Origin: an uncultured Candidatus Saccharibacteria bacterium
Lineage (GTDB): Bacteria; Patescibacteriota; Minisyncoccia; Phycocordibacterales; UBA1006
Reading direction: 5' to 3'
Assembly: GCA_964507625.1 (NCBI GenBank)
Contig: CAZDPR010000003.1
Span: 15,101-79,100, forward strand
Length of the DNA: 64,000 nt
Of the stretch, positions 27,848 to 36,663 are shown piece after piece; positions within the stretch are counted from its first letter, which is position 1, and each line of letters starts with the position of its first letter. The position numbers and the translations under genes were made by a program. The notes under the pieces were generated by a model. The model worked only from the letters and a program-made list of their open reading frames with translations. It was not told the origin of the DNA and did no database searches.

Positions 27848-29332
27848 TTGATTAAAAAATACTATAGTAATACCACTATGAATCCATTCGTGGAAAAAAT
27901 TACACAACTCATCCCTGATATTTCCATAGATGATACAAACCGTATTCACCGTGCGGTTGTTTTTGCTGAACAATTTCATAAAGACCAAAAACGTAATAGT
28001 GGTGAACCGTACGTAACTCATGCGATTGCTGTTGCGTGTCACTTGGCAGAAATAAAAGCTGATATACCTACTATTATCGCTGGAATCCTCCATGATACAC
28101 TAGAAGACACATCAGCTACTGAAATTGATATTGAGCGCGAATTTGGTACTGAAATACTTACCTTGGTGCAAGGAGTTACTAAACTTGGTCACCTGAAATA
28201 CAAAGGAGCTGAACGTCATGCTGAATCACTCAGAAAATTTTTTATTGCAAGCGCTAATGATATCCGTGTGGTTGCAATCAAACTCGCTGATAGGCTCCAC
28301 AACATTGCTACCCTTTCCCATATTCCAAAAGAAAAACAGCATCGTATCGCACTTGAAACGCTCGAAATTTATGCACGGTTAGCAGATCGATTAGGGATGG
28401 GGCGAATGAAAGCACAGCTGGAAGATCTTGCCTTTCCCTTTGCCTACCCCGAAGAACACAATCGAGTAAAAACTATTCTCGAAAACTATCAAACTTTTTC
28501 TGAACCTCATTTAGCAAAAGTTGCGGAAACATTAAAAGAAGAATTAGAAATACTCGAAGCAGACATTACTCGACTCGACTATCGAGTAAAGCATGTATAT
28601 AGTTTATGGAAAAAATTAGTATACAATAATTATGACATCAATCAAATTCATGATATTTTAGCACTCCGTATTTTAGTTCCAACAGTATCAGACTGCTATC
28701 AGGCTTTAGGTATTATTCACGGACTCTATAAACCACTTCCAGGCCGTTTCAAGGACTACATCGCACTTCCAAAACCTAACGGATACCAATCGCTCCATAC
28801 AACCATTTTTGACGGTATGGGGGGTATTGTAGAGATTCAAATACGCACCAATGAAATGCACCAAGAAGCCGAATTTGGTATCTATTCCCATGTACAATAC
28901 AAAGAAAAACAGCGCGGAATAGCCGGATCAAAAACAGAATGGACTCAACAATTATTGGAAGCTCAAAAAACAATGCAAAAACCTGAAGAATTTATTAATC
29001 ATTTAAAACTAGATTTTTTCCAGGAACGAGTCTTCATCTATACTCCAAAAGGTGATGTTATTGAACTACCTCGTGGAGCTGTGGTATTAGACTTTGCATA
29101 TCGTATTCATTCTGATATTGGGAATCATGCCACTGGAGGAAAAATTAATGGAAAAATGTCATCGTTAGATAGCGAGCTCACCCAGGGTGATATTGTAGAA
29201 ATTATCCATAACGAAAAGCAACGACCCAATCGTAAATGGATTGATATGTGTAAAACTTCACTTGCCCGTGGACATATCAAACGATATCTGAAAGAACATG
29301 GTGGCATGATGGATAAATTTTTTGTAAAATAA
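27848..29332 (+). CDS. rel: RelA/SpoT-family (p)ppGpp synthetase/hydrolase (HD + synthetase + TGS; no ACT)
   Basis: HD motif ILHDTLEDT; synthetase motifs; TGS domain YTPKGDVIELPRGAVVLDFAYRIHSDIG. Confidence 0.85.
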   Translation: MIKKYYSNTTMNPFVEKITQLIPDISIDDTNRIHRAVVFAEQFHKDQKRNSGEPYVTHAIAVACHLAEIKADIPTIIAGILHDTLEDTSATEIDIEREFGTEILTLVQGVTKLGHLKYKGAERHAESLRKFFIASANDIRVVAIKLADRLHNIATLSHIPKEKQHRIALETLEIYARLADRLGMGRMKAQLEDLAFPFAYPEEHNRVKTILENYQTFSEPHLAKVAETLKEELEILEADITRLDYRVKHVYSLWKKLVYNNYDINQIHDILALRILVPTVSDCYQALGIIHGLYKPLPGRFKDYIALPKPNGYQSLHTTIFDGMGGIVEIQIRTNEMHQEAEFGIYSHVQYKEKQRGIAGSKTEWTQQLLEAQKTMQKPEEFINHLKLDFFQERVFIYTPKGDVIELPRGAVVLDFAYRIHSDIGNHATGGKINGKMSSLDSELTQGDIVEIIHNEKQRPNRKWIDMCKTSLARGHIKRYLKEHGGMMDKFFVK

Positions 29333-29360
29333 AAACCTCACGATGGAGGTTTTTTGTTTT
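29331..29360. terminator. Bidirectional terminator (AACCTC-acgatg-GAGGTT)
   Basis: Perfect 6-bp stem flanked by A5 and T5. Confidence 0.7.
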
Positions 29361-29946
29361 TTGTATTCTGTAATTTTCTGAGCTCTGCTTCGAGGCTCGG
29401 AATTTCTTCGTATTTTTCATCATCAACGCAAGATTTTATTTTCTGTTCTAACATTCTTATTTCGTCCGATTGTTCTTGGCAATTTTGATCATCATCATTT
29501 GAATTCTCTTGAGAAACCATATGATATTCAAACTCTGTAAAGATAATATATGCGTTGGACGAATAGTGAGACTCTTTTCTAAAACAAGAATAATTTTCAA
29601 GAAAAGGTAGATCAAAAATTCCTGGATCAATTTTTGAAAAATCAATATCAAAATCGTACTCTGATAAGCCTGAACTTAATCTTTTTACTGGAACAACTAT
29701 TTCTTGTTCTCCTAAAATATCGTCTAAATCGTACACTTCAGTAAAAATTGAAAGCATTACACACCTATCAGTAAATATAAAATCATAGATGGATAGAAAT
29801 CTTGTACTCCCAATTTCCATATTTTTGATGCAATGATGATCAAAAGTAACCGGAATTTTTCCTCTAATCATGACACTTGTGTTTTTATGGTGAAGAAATT
29901 TATTTACTTTCAAATTAACAAATATTATTAGAATAGTCAATTCCAA
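29338..29946 (-). CDS. Hypothetical protein (202 aa, acidic C-terminus)
   Basis: ORF only. Confidence 0.4.
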   Translation of the reverse strand: MELTILIIFVNLKVNKFLHHKNTSVMIRGKIPVTFDHHCIKNMEIGSTRFLSIYDFIFTDRCVMLSIFTEVYDLDDILGEQEIVVPVKRLSSGLSEYDFDIDFSKIDPGIFDLPFLENYSCFRKESHYSSNAYIIFTEFEYHMVSQENSNDDDQNCQEQSDEIRMLEQKIKSCVDDEKYEEIPSLEAELRKLQNTKNKKPPS

Positions 29947-30108
29947 GACAAAAGAGGCATTTCTGCCCCTTCAGTCAACTCGAGTGGACTTCGATACGAT
30001 TCTTGTGAACCGATTGATTGTAGAATTACAGTATTTAAAGGAAGTTTTGTAAGAAAAAATCCGCCCTAAACAAAAAGCGGATCTACTTACTTAAAAAATT
30101 ATTTAACT

Positions 30109-30459
30109 TCATGAGTGAGACTTAATACTGTTCTCTCTTTTTATTTTTCTAGCAAGTTGGCAGTTTTTTATCGCTTCATCAAATTGAGACCCTAGCACTT
30201 CACGAAACCTCTTCCATTGAGAATCCCAAGAGTCTGAATACCCTGCTATGTAAGCAAAATCTGAACGAACTGATTCACGAGGATCTGGATGATCAGGTTC
30301 TTCCCCTTTTCTTATTTCAGTCAGTTCTGAGAAGAATTTTAGAATATCTTCATCTTGTGTCAATAACCCAAAACCTATAAATATAGGATTATTATCTGGA
30401 TAAAGTTCTTCAATTTGAGGAATAATTGGTTTAGTTTTATCTACTACAAATTTCTCCAT
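30109..30459 (-). CDS. Hypothetical protein (116 aa)
   Basis: ORF; terminator hairpin ATCCGC/GCGGAT at about 30058-30085. An upstream 8-bp hairpin lies at 30487-30523. Confidence 0.4.
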   Translation of the reverse strand: MEKFVVDKTKPIIPQIEELYPDNNPIFIGFGLLTQDEDILKFFSELTEIRKGEEPDHPDPRESVRSDFAYIAGYSDSWDSQWKRFREVLGSQFDEAIKNCQLARKIKRENSIKSHS

Positions 30460-30603
30460 TTTTTATGATTTAATTATTTTGCAATACTGCTCTCTAAGAA
30501 TTAATAAATCACGCCCAGAGAGCAATATACAAAACGAATCAAATACAATATAAAAGAACTGTATTATATCAATATAATATATTTCTTTTATATTTTGTCA
30601 AGG

Positions 30604-30676
30604 TGGACCCTAGCGGATTCGAACCGCTGACCTCCTCAGTGCAAGTGAGGCGCTCTACCAACTAAGCTAAGGGCCC
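30604..30676 (-). tRNA. trnA: tRNA-Ala (anticodon UGC)
   Basis: GGGCCCT acceptor stem with the G3:U70 Ala identity pair. Anticodon loop CTTGCAC. T-arm AGCGG-TTCGAAT-CCGCT. Confidence 0.9.
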
Positions 30677-30680
30677 AGGT

Positions 30681-30783
30681 GCGAACCTTATCAATACCAC
30701 GGCAACCGTGGTGTTTCTACATCGTAGAAACTTTGGTTCGCTCAGGTTATCTGGCAATAGACGAGCTATTTTCAGGTAACCTG
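30681..30783 (-). ncRNA. Candidate structured small RNA fused upstream of tRNA-Ala (strand inferred from the promoter)
   Basis: Domain 1: a 7-bp outer stem GCGAACC/GGTTCGC (30681-30687 / 30735-30741) encloses two adjacent perfect hairpins, CCACGG-caa-CCGTGG (30697-30711) and GTTTCTAC-atc-GTAGAAAC (30713-30731). Domain 2: stem CAGGTTA/TAACCTG (30743-30749 / 30777-30783) encloses AATAG-acgag-CTATT. A consensus promoter lies just beyond it (see next feature). Confidence 0.35.
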
Positions 30784-30807
30784 TGATCGTAAGAACAATC
30801 TAGAATA

Positions 30808-30835
30808 ATTATAATCAAAGAATGATTTTTTGCAA
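30808..30835 (-). promoter_or_regulatory. Consensus sigma70 promoter TTGCAA-16-TATAAT reading into the structured RNA and tRNA-Ala
   Basis: On the minus strand the -35 is at 30835-30830 and the -10 at 30813-30808. The predicted TSS is near 30800, about 17 nt before the structured region. Confidence 0.5.
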
Positions 30836-30939
30836 GTCATTAGACCAAATAAAATATTTTTTATCAAGATGTCATGTATGATAGAATATCCTTACCGGGT
30901 CGTCACCGGAATGTATATAGTTTGTCTATTATTTTTATG

Positions 30940-31305
30940 AACACTTCGAATAGTATTATGATTCTTGTTGGTATTATAGGAGCTTTGGTTATTGGTTTTT
31001 TTCTTGGAAAAGGTTCTGGTATGTCAAAAATGCATCAGGAAATGATGTCAGGAGATACATCAATGCATAGCATGATGATGGATATGACTGCATCATTACA
31101 AGGAAAAACAGGTGCGGAATTTGATCGAGCATTCCTCGCAGAAATGATTATTCATCATGAAGGAGCAGTGGATATGGCTAAAATGGTATTAGAACAATCA
31201 GATCGACCAGAACTCCAACAATTAGCAAATGAAATTATTACCGCACAAGAAAAAGAAATTGACCAAATGAAAAACTGGCAAAAAGAATGGTTCTCAGCTG
31301 AATAA
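30940..31305 (+). CDS. DUF305 family protein (four-helix-bundle, metal-binding type) with N-terminal TM anchor
   Basis: DRAFLAEMIIHHEGAVDMAKMVL...IITAQEKEIDQMKNWQKEW is the classic DUF305 signature. The ORF opens at 30874; the likely start is MNTSNS at 30940. Confidence 0.75.
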   Translation, partial: NTSNSIMILVGIIGALVIGFFLGKGSGMSKMHQEMMSGDTSMHSMMMDMTASLQGKTGAEFDRAFLAEMIIHHEGAVDMAKMVLEQSDRPELQQLANEIITAQEKEIDQMKNWQKEWFSAE

Positions 31306-31340
31306 TAAAAATACACACGATACAGTGTGTATTTTTATTA
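31306..31340. terminator. Bidirectional terminator (ATACACAC-gatacag-GTGTGTAT)
   Basis: Perfect 8-bp stem plus T run. Confidence 0.75.
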
Positions 31341-33065
31341 TCGATCAGGAGGAATATTATAATAATTAATGAGAAAATTAGTAATATTTAAAAATGGGTC
31401 AACGAGTGTTTCAGAAGAAAACTGAGCTCCTTTTTTAGGATATTCATTCATTAAAAATATAATAAATTTTGGGTCATAAGCCGGAAAATATCCTACAAAG
31501 GTATGTAAATTGCGATCTTCATAATAGCCTCCAGATTCACGATTTGCAATTTGTGCAGTTCCTGTTTTTCCCGCAATAGAATAATGTTTTAATTTTTTGG
31601 TACCATTAAAATAACTATCGAAAGCATTCACCATCATACGAGTTATTTCTTCTGAACTTTCTGGTTTGATCACTGTTTTTAATATCGTTGGTTCAATAAT
31701 TTTTTTTGTACCATCAATATATTCAATATATTCAACAACGCGCGGTTGCATTAATTTCCCACCATTAGCAAGTACCGACATAGCTCGTGTCATCCCGATT
31801 GGTGTCGCAGCAATTCCTTGTCCGAAAGCAATATTGGCGAATTCTACATCACGATTGGTGCGTAAATTTGAAACGAGACCCTTAATTTCCCCCGGTAAAT
31901 CAATTCCTGTAGTTTCTCCGAACCCAAATTTTTCAAATTGTTCTCGAAAATTATTTTTATCCATCCGTTGCATTGCAAACACCATTCCGGTATTCAATGA
32001 TTGATCAAGTACGGTTTGCATTGTAATAGTTCCACGTCCCTTGCGGTCAAAATTTCGAATCGTTCGATCTCCTACTTTGATAAATCCAGCATCATAATAG
32101 GTTGTATCAGCAGTAATCGCTCCTTGATCGAGTGCAGTTGCGAGAATAATTGGTTTCATAATTGAACCCATTTCAAAAACACTTTCAACTGCTGGGTTAT
32201 TTAATAATGCAACTGATGACACGTTTCGATAATTATTAATATCAAATCCAGGAGTTGATGCCATGGCAACAACTGCGCCTGTTTTTGGATCCATGATAAT
32301 TCCTGTAGTACGATCAGAATCCCATTGTTCGCGAATTAATTCAAGTTCATTTTGAAGCGAAGATTGCACCAACGGTTCTAGAGTAGTCACAATATCACCC
32401 TCAGTGGGAATTTCATCCTTTGAAAATTGAGTCAAATGAGTAAATACCTCTGCAAAAAAATTCACATACAATCCAGATGAAACCCTACTTAAAATATCAT
32501 CATAGAAACGCTCTAATCCATACCGTCCAACCAAATCATTATCTTTATATGCAACCAATCCAATAACATGGGGCGCTAGTAATCCTGAAGGTGAAAATCG
32601 AGCATTCATCTGATAGAGCGTTGCCGATTTTATTTGTAACTGTTTGATTTGTTCTGCTTGATCCTGGGTTAATTTCACCGCAAGTTCTTCATAGGTGTCA
32701 TTTTTTTTGGATACCTGTTTTATAAGTGTTTCCTGATCTAGTTCAGGGATAATATTTTTCAATGATTCGTAAAGTTGTTCTGGATTAAAATTTTCTTGTT
32801 GTTGGAGAATACTAGGATTCACCGTAAGCATAAAACCGCGGAGTAAACTTGCCCCTGATACTAATTCACCATTTTTCTTCTTAAAAAAAATACTTCCACG
32901 ATCAAATTGAGAATGAGCAGTTCGCACATACTGTCGATCAGCTTCTTGAGAATATTTTTCACCATGAACAATTTGAAGCCATGCTAATTTTGCAACAAAA
33001 AGAAGCCCTATAAAAATAAAGATGATAGAGATAATACGGATACGATAACCAAACACAGAAGACAT
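31338..33065 (-). CDS. ftsI: Class B penicillin-binding protein FtsI (PBP3)
   Basis: SIMKP (SxxK) and KTGTAQ motifs; sits in the dcw cluster after ftsL. Confidence 0.85.
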   Translation of the reverse strand: MSSVFGYRIRIISIIFIFIGLLFVAKLAWLQIVHGEKYSQEADRQYVRTAHSQFDRGSIFFKKKNGELVSGASLLRGFMLTVNPSILQQQENFNPEQLYESLKNIIPELDQETLIKQVSKKNDTYEELAVKLTQDQAEQIKQLQIKSATLYQMNARFSPSGLLAPHVIGLVAYKDNDLVGRYGLERFYDDILSRVSSGLYVNFFAEVFTHLTQFSKDEIPTEGDIVTTLEPLVQSSLQNELELIREQWDSDRTTGIIMDPKTGAVVAMASTPGFDINNYRNVSSVALLNNPAVESVFEMGSIMKPIILATALDQGAITADTTYYDAGFIKVGDRTIRNFDRKGRGTITMQTVLDQSLNTGMVFAMQRMDKNNFREQFEKFGFGETTGIDLPGEIKGLVSNLRTNRDVEFANIAFGQGIAATPIGMTRAMSVLANGGKLMQPRVVEYIEYIDGTKKIIEPTILKTVIKPESSEEITRMMVNAFDSYFNGTKKLKHYSIAGKTGTAQIANRESGGYYEDRNLHTFVGYFPAYDPKFIIFLMNEYPKKGAQFSSETLVDPFLNITNFLINYYNIPPDR

Positions 33066-33114
33066 AGAAAAATATAAAAAATTATAACAAAATTCCCGCC
33101 AAAAGACGAGAATA

Positions 33115-33435
33115 CTAACGAATCAAAGCAACTGCAGGGTATGATTCTTCGGTATAAGCAAACACAGGAGTAACCGTTTCAGAAAACCCTAATTGTTCAA
33201 TAGTAGTTGGATCAATTGCTTGAGCAAGTTCAAAATAGGTTACTTCTAAATCAGAAATTGCAATTTGTGTTTGACGGATTTCTTCTCGTAATTCTTTTCG
33301 TTCATTCGTAAGCGCAACAGACTGAACAGTAAATCCAGCGTATGCGCCAATAATAAGGACGAGAACTCCCGTGAAAAATCGTGACACCAATACACGATTG
33401 AGAAATGATTTTTTTTGTTGAGAAGAATAATCCAT
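33115..33435 (-). CDS. ftsL: FtsL-like cell-division protein
   Basis: Short bitopic protein with a TM helix and coiled coil, between rsmH and ftsI. Confidence 0.5.
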   Translation of the reverse strand: MDYSSQQKKSFLNRVLVSRFFTGVLVLIIGAYAGFTVQSVALTNERKELREEIRQTQIAISDLEVTYFELAQAIDPTTIEQLGFSETVTPVFAYTEESYPAVALIR

Positions 33436-33461
33436 AAAAATTGCAAATAAATCTGATAATA

Positions 33462-34433
33462 TTATTGTTTTTCAATAATGCGTAATTTTGCACTGCGTGA
33501 CCGAATATTCGAGATAATTTCGCCCTGTGATGGCGTAAGAGGCTTTTTGTGTACAAGTTGGATAGTTTGCGTATCTGCATATGATTTGAAAATATGCTTT
33601 ACGATTCTATCTTCCCCACTATGAAAGGTAATAACTGCAAACCTTCCCTGTGGTGCTAAACATTGAATTCCTGCATGGAGCGCATCGGTAATGGCTCCAA
33701 ATTCATCATTTACTGCAATGCGTAATGCTTGGAATACTTTGGTTGCAGGATGAATTTTAAATTTTAATGATTTTCCACTGGCAATCTTTTTTGGGAAAAG
33801 TGCATTGATAACTTCACGAGCAAGTTGATGCGTCGTCATAATTAATGAATCTTTTCGCACTTGGACTAAATGTCGGGCAATAACACGAGCTTTCGGTTCG
33901 TCACCGTACCCGTAAAAAATATCAGCGAGTGTTTCCTCTTCCCAGAAATTAATAATTTCATAGGCAGTTAATCGTTCTCCTGATAACCCTTTAGCGAGAT
34001 TCATATCGAGCGGTCCATCATGCATAAATGATAATCCTCGATCATGATCCTCAATTTGAAAACTACTCCATCCTAAGTCTAATAATATTCCATCAACTTG
34101 ATCAATAGAAAGTGAATGGAGGATGTCGATAATATTTCGAAAGTTGTTGTGCACAAAATATTTTTTACACGACAGTGGTGCAAGTTTTTCTTGTGCGCGC
34201 ACAATTGCGTCATAGTCTACGTCGCAACCAATAAATGTTCCGTTCGAAGATAATTGTTCTGCAATACCGAATGCATGTCCAGCACCACCCAATGTTCCGT
34301 CAATATATACACCGTCCGGACGGATAGCGAGCGCTTCTAATGATTCGCTATAAAGGACTGGAATATGTAATGATTGCTTGTTCATACTATTTTTCATGAA
34401 GTGTTTCTGCAAGGGATTCAATTTCTGATTCAA
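33462..34433 (-). CDS. rsmH: 16S rRNA (cytosine1402-N4)-methyltransferase RsmH (MraW)
   Basis: IPVLYSESLEAL...GVYIDGTLGGAGHA. Confidence 0.9.
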   Translation of the reverse strand: MNQKLNPLQKHFMKNSMNKQSLHIPVLYSESLEALAIRPDGVYIDGTLGGAGHAFGIAEQLSSNGTFIGCDVDYDAIVRAQEKLAPLSCKKYFVHNNFRNIIDILHSLSIDQVDGILLDLGWSSFQIEDHDRGLSFMHDGPLDMNLAKGLSGERLTAYEIINFWEEETLADIFYGYGDEPKARVIARHLVQVRKDSLIMTTHQLAREVINALFPKKIASGKSLKFKIHPATKVFQALRIAVNDEFGAITDALHAGIQCLAPQGRFAVITFHSGEDRIVKHIFKSYADTQTIQLVHKKPLTPSQGEIISNIRSRSAKLRIIEKQ

Positions 34434-34818
34434 CTTTTTTCAAATACTGTATCCACTGATCTTCATTCCAGAGTTCTAAACGATTACGAGCTCCGATAAT
34501 GACTACTTTTGTATCAAGTTTTGCTTCTTGTTTCAAAAAATCTGGAATAAGGATTCTTCCTGCAGAATCTACTTCTGTTTCTGTTGCACCTGACAACATA
34601 AAACGATTAAACGCACGATTATTTGCCTGATGATCTGAAAAACTTTGAAGGCTTTCCAAATACTTCTTCCCTTCTGAATAGGAATACACAGAAAGACAGC
34701 GATCGAGACCTCGCGTAATAATTATTTTTTTACCGAGTAATTTCCGTAATTTTGCCGGAAGCGACATTCGGTTTTTACTGTCGAGTGTGTGTCGATATTC
34801 TCCGAGAAACATAGGCAT
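34387..34818 (-). CDS. mraZ: Transcriptional regulator MraZ
   Basis: MPMFLGEYRHTLDSKNRMSLPAKLR; tandem MraZ/SpoVT-AbrB domains. Confidence 0.9.
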   Translation of the reverse strand: MPMFLGEYRHTLDSKNRMSLPAKLRKLLGKKIIITRGLDRCLSVYSYSEGKKYLESLQSFSDHQANNRAFNRFMLSGATETEVDSAGRILIPDFLKQEAKLDTKVVIIGARNRLELWNEDQWIQYLKKVESEIESLAETLHEK

Positions 34819-34835
34819 AGAGATGAACTGAAATT

Positions 34836-34885
34836 ATCCCACTTCATCCCACTTCAATAATACGCTATCCCACCATGAAACACAA
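34836..34885 (-). promoter_or_regulatory. mraZ promoter (TTGTGT-17-TATTAT) with three direct GTGGGAT MraZ boxes
   Basis: On the minus strand: GGTGGGATAGCGTATTATTGAAGTGGGATGAAGTGGGAT. The boxes are spaced 21 and 10 bp apart. One lies in the promoter spacer and two just downstream of the -10. Confidence 0.6.
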
Positions 34886-34949
34886 GTAACTGGGTTTCAC
34901 AAAACTGTGGATAACAAAAAACACCCTTTTAGAAGGATGTTTTTTATAA

Positions 34950-35639
34950 TTATTCACTATCGAATGACTTCCCAGTAATTTTTTCATACACAAAAATCTT
35001 TGCAATCATAGTTACCGGAATAGTGATAAACAATCCAATACCAATTAAAAGTAATCCACCGATATTAATGAGTACTACTAATATTCCAAATCCAAGCAAA
35101 TCAAAGAAGTGATTTTTTGTTACTCCTGCTGTTTTTTTAAACAACGCAACAATTCCTAATCCAGAATGATCAATTGCAGTAGGATTTAGAAACATAAAAC
35201 GAATCTGAATATACACAGCTAATGCAACTACCAATCCAACTGCAATGAATAATGGAATTAGACCTTTTATGAGAAATGCAATTACCAATATAACCGCAAT
35301 AGTAATAATTGTAGGGACAATAAAAAGTAATTGTGTTACAAATACCTTCCCCCAAATTTTTGGCTGTGTTTTAAAATCATGCCAAGTATGTGAATTTCCT
35401 CGAATTAAACGTAAAATTACCTGCGCCCAACCAATACTTAATGCAAGACTCACTATGATACTCAAAAGAGTAACCAGTACTGAAAGAATAGTTGTTGATT
35501 CAGTTTTTACTGTTAAAAATTGCATTAATATTAAAACGAGCCCAGACACAAACACTGCAGGTAATATAAAAGCGTAGTTTACTTTGAATAATTTCCATGC
35601 TTGTGAAAGCATTTGAGAATTAGAAAAACCGTGGTTCAT
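34950..35639 (-). CDS. Polytopic integral membrane protein (229 aa, about 6 TM)
   Basis: Hydrophobic periodicity; terminator hairpin at 34916-34945. Confidence 0.5.
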   Translation of the reverse strand: MNHGFSNSQMLSQAWKLFKVNYAFILPAVFVSGLVLILMQFLTVKTESTTILSVLVTLLSIIVSLALSIGWAQVILRLIRGNSHTWHDFKTQPKIWGKVFVTQLLFIVPTIITIAVILVIAFLIKGLIPLFIAVGLVVALAVYIQIRFMFLNPTAIDHSGLGIVALFKKTAGVTKNHFFDLLGFGILVVLINIGGLLLIGIGLFITIPVTMIAKIFVYEKITGKSFDSE

Positions 35640-35727
35640 AATTATATTTTTTATTATCTAATAATATATTTTCAGTATACCATATTTTCTCAAACAAAAA
35701 ACTACCCTTTGGGATAGTTTTTTGTGT

Positions 35728-35803
35728 GGTGCGTGATCCAGGATTCGAACCTGGGGCCTTTCGAGTATCAGTCGAATGCTCTAGCCAGCTGAGCTAATCA
35801 CGC
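35728..35803 (-). tRNA. trnI: tRNA-Ile (anticodon GAU), CCA encoded
   Basis: GCGTGAT acceptor stem; anticodon loop CTGATAC; T-arm CCAGG-TTCGAAT-CCTGG; ends ACCA. Confidence 0.9.
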
Positions 35804-35901
35804 GTTTCAATGCTCCACGAAAAACAGTATACTGATTTTTCGATATTTTGCAAACAAAAAAATTATAATTCTGTATTAGTTTTTTATTTAGTAATCAATA
35901 C

Positions 35902-35929
35902 TTGACAATATTTCAAAATATGCTATAAT
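35902..35929 (+). promoter_or_regulatory. Consensus sigma70 promoter TTGACA-16-TATAAT for the lipoprotein gene
   Basis: -35 at 35902-35907 and -10 at 35924-35929; ATG at 35947. Confidence 0.6.
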
Positions 35930-35946
35930 TAATAAAATTTGGACAT

Positions 35947-36648
35947 ATGAAAAAAAATATTTTTGCCGCAATGATGGGATTGGCAACCCTTTTAATGATT
36001 TCCTGTTCCACGAAAGATGTCATAAATGACATTGACCCAATGGAAACAGAGGGTCTCCAAGTACGGACTCAAATCATAGACTCGTTGAGGAATTTGCCTC
36101 CTGAAGAGCGCGGAAGATTCATGGAACAAAACGCTCCACAACTGAATTCCATGTTAGCCTCTTACCTGAGACAACGGGGATACAGCTGCGAAATCGAAAC
36201 TGTCGGATACTCTTTCGGATCTGGTAAGGCCAAAGGTGTGGAGTCAGGAGACAGTACTCGACACAATGGTCACTACAACGATCAGCTCTACGCGATCATC
36301 AAAGGTGGTAGCTGCTTCGGAGATTCGTTGATTGTGTTTGTCCAGTGTCTCAATGGCACATTCTCCTTAAAGGGGGACGGACAATCACTTGGTACTTATG
36401 TGCCAGAGTTTACGATTGATTCGTTGATGGGGATAAATCGATATGTTGATTATATGATGTCAATTTATTTGGCTGAATATTTTAACATTCCGATTTATAA
36501 AGGGAGAAAAATGAACGAAAAGTTCAGAATTACCCCTGCGGAGGCTCGATTATTAGAAGATTCTATTGGAAATACTCAAGTCACCGTAAAGGTGTATCCT
36601 GGAGATCACTTCCATCTAGGCAGAATGACCTATACCAGGTCGTTCTAA
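35947..36648 (+). CDS. Lipoprotein of unknown function (lipobox LMISC), GC-rich gene
   Basis: Signal peptide MKKNIFAAMMGLATLLMISCS. Local GC is about 48% against a window background near 33%. Confidence 0.5.
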   Translation: MKKNIFAAMMGLATLLMISCSTKDVINDIDPMETEGLQVRTQIIDSLRNLPPEERGRFMEQNAPQLNSMLASYLRQRGYSCEIETVGYSFGSGKAKGVESGDSTRHNGHYNDQLYAIIKGGSCFGDSLIVFVQCLNGTFSLKGDGQSLGTYVPEFTIDSLMGINRYVDYMMSIYLAEYFNIPIYKGRKMNEKFRITPAEARLLEDSIGNTQVTVKVYPGDHFHLGRMTYTRSF

Positions 36649-36663
36649 ATTCGCGAAACTCAA

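Noticed and set aside
30681-30741. Treating the three-way-junction element upstream of tRNA-Ala as a second tRNA or tRNA pseudogene
   Set aside because: It has only two internal hairpins with 3-nt loops, no anticodon arm, and an 8-nt gap before the 3' acceptor strand. It is kept as an ncRNA candidate instead.
22577-34914. Interpreting the TGTGGATAA DnaA boxes as the chromosomal origin
   Set aside because: They are single isolated boxes 12 kb apart. There is no cluster, no AT-rich DUE, and no adjacent dnaA or dnaN.
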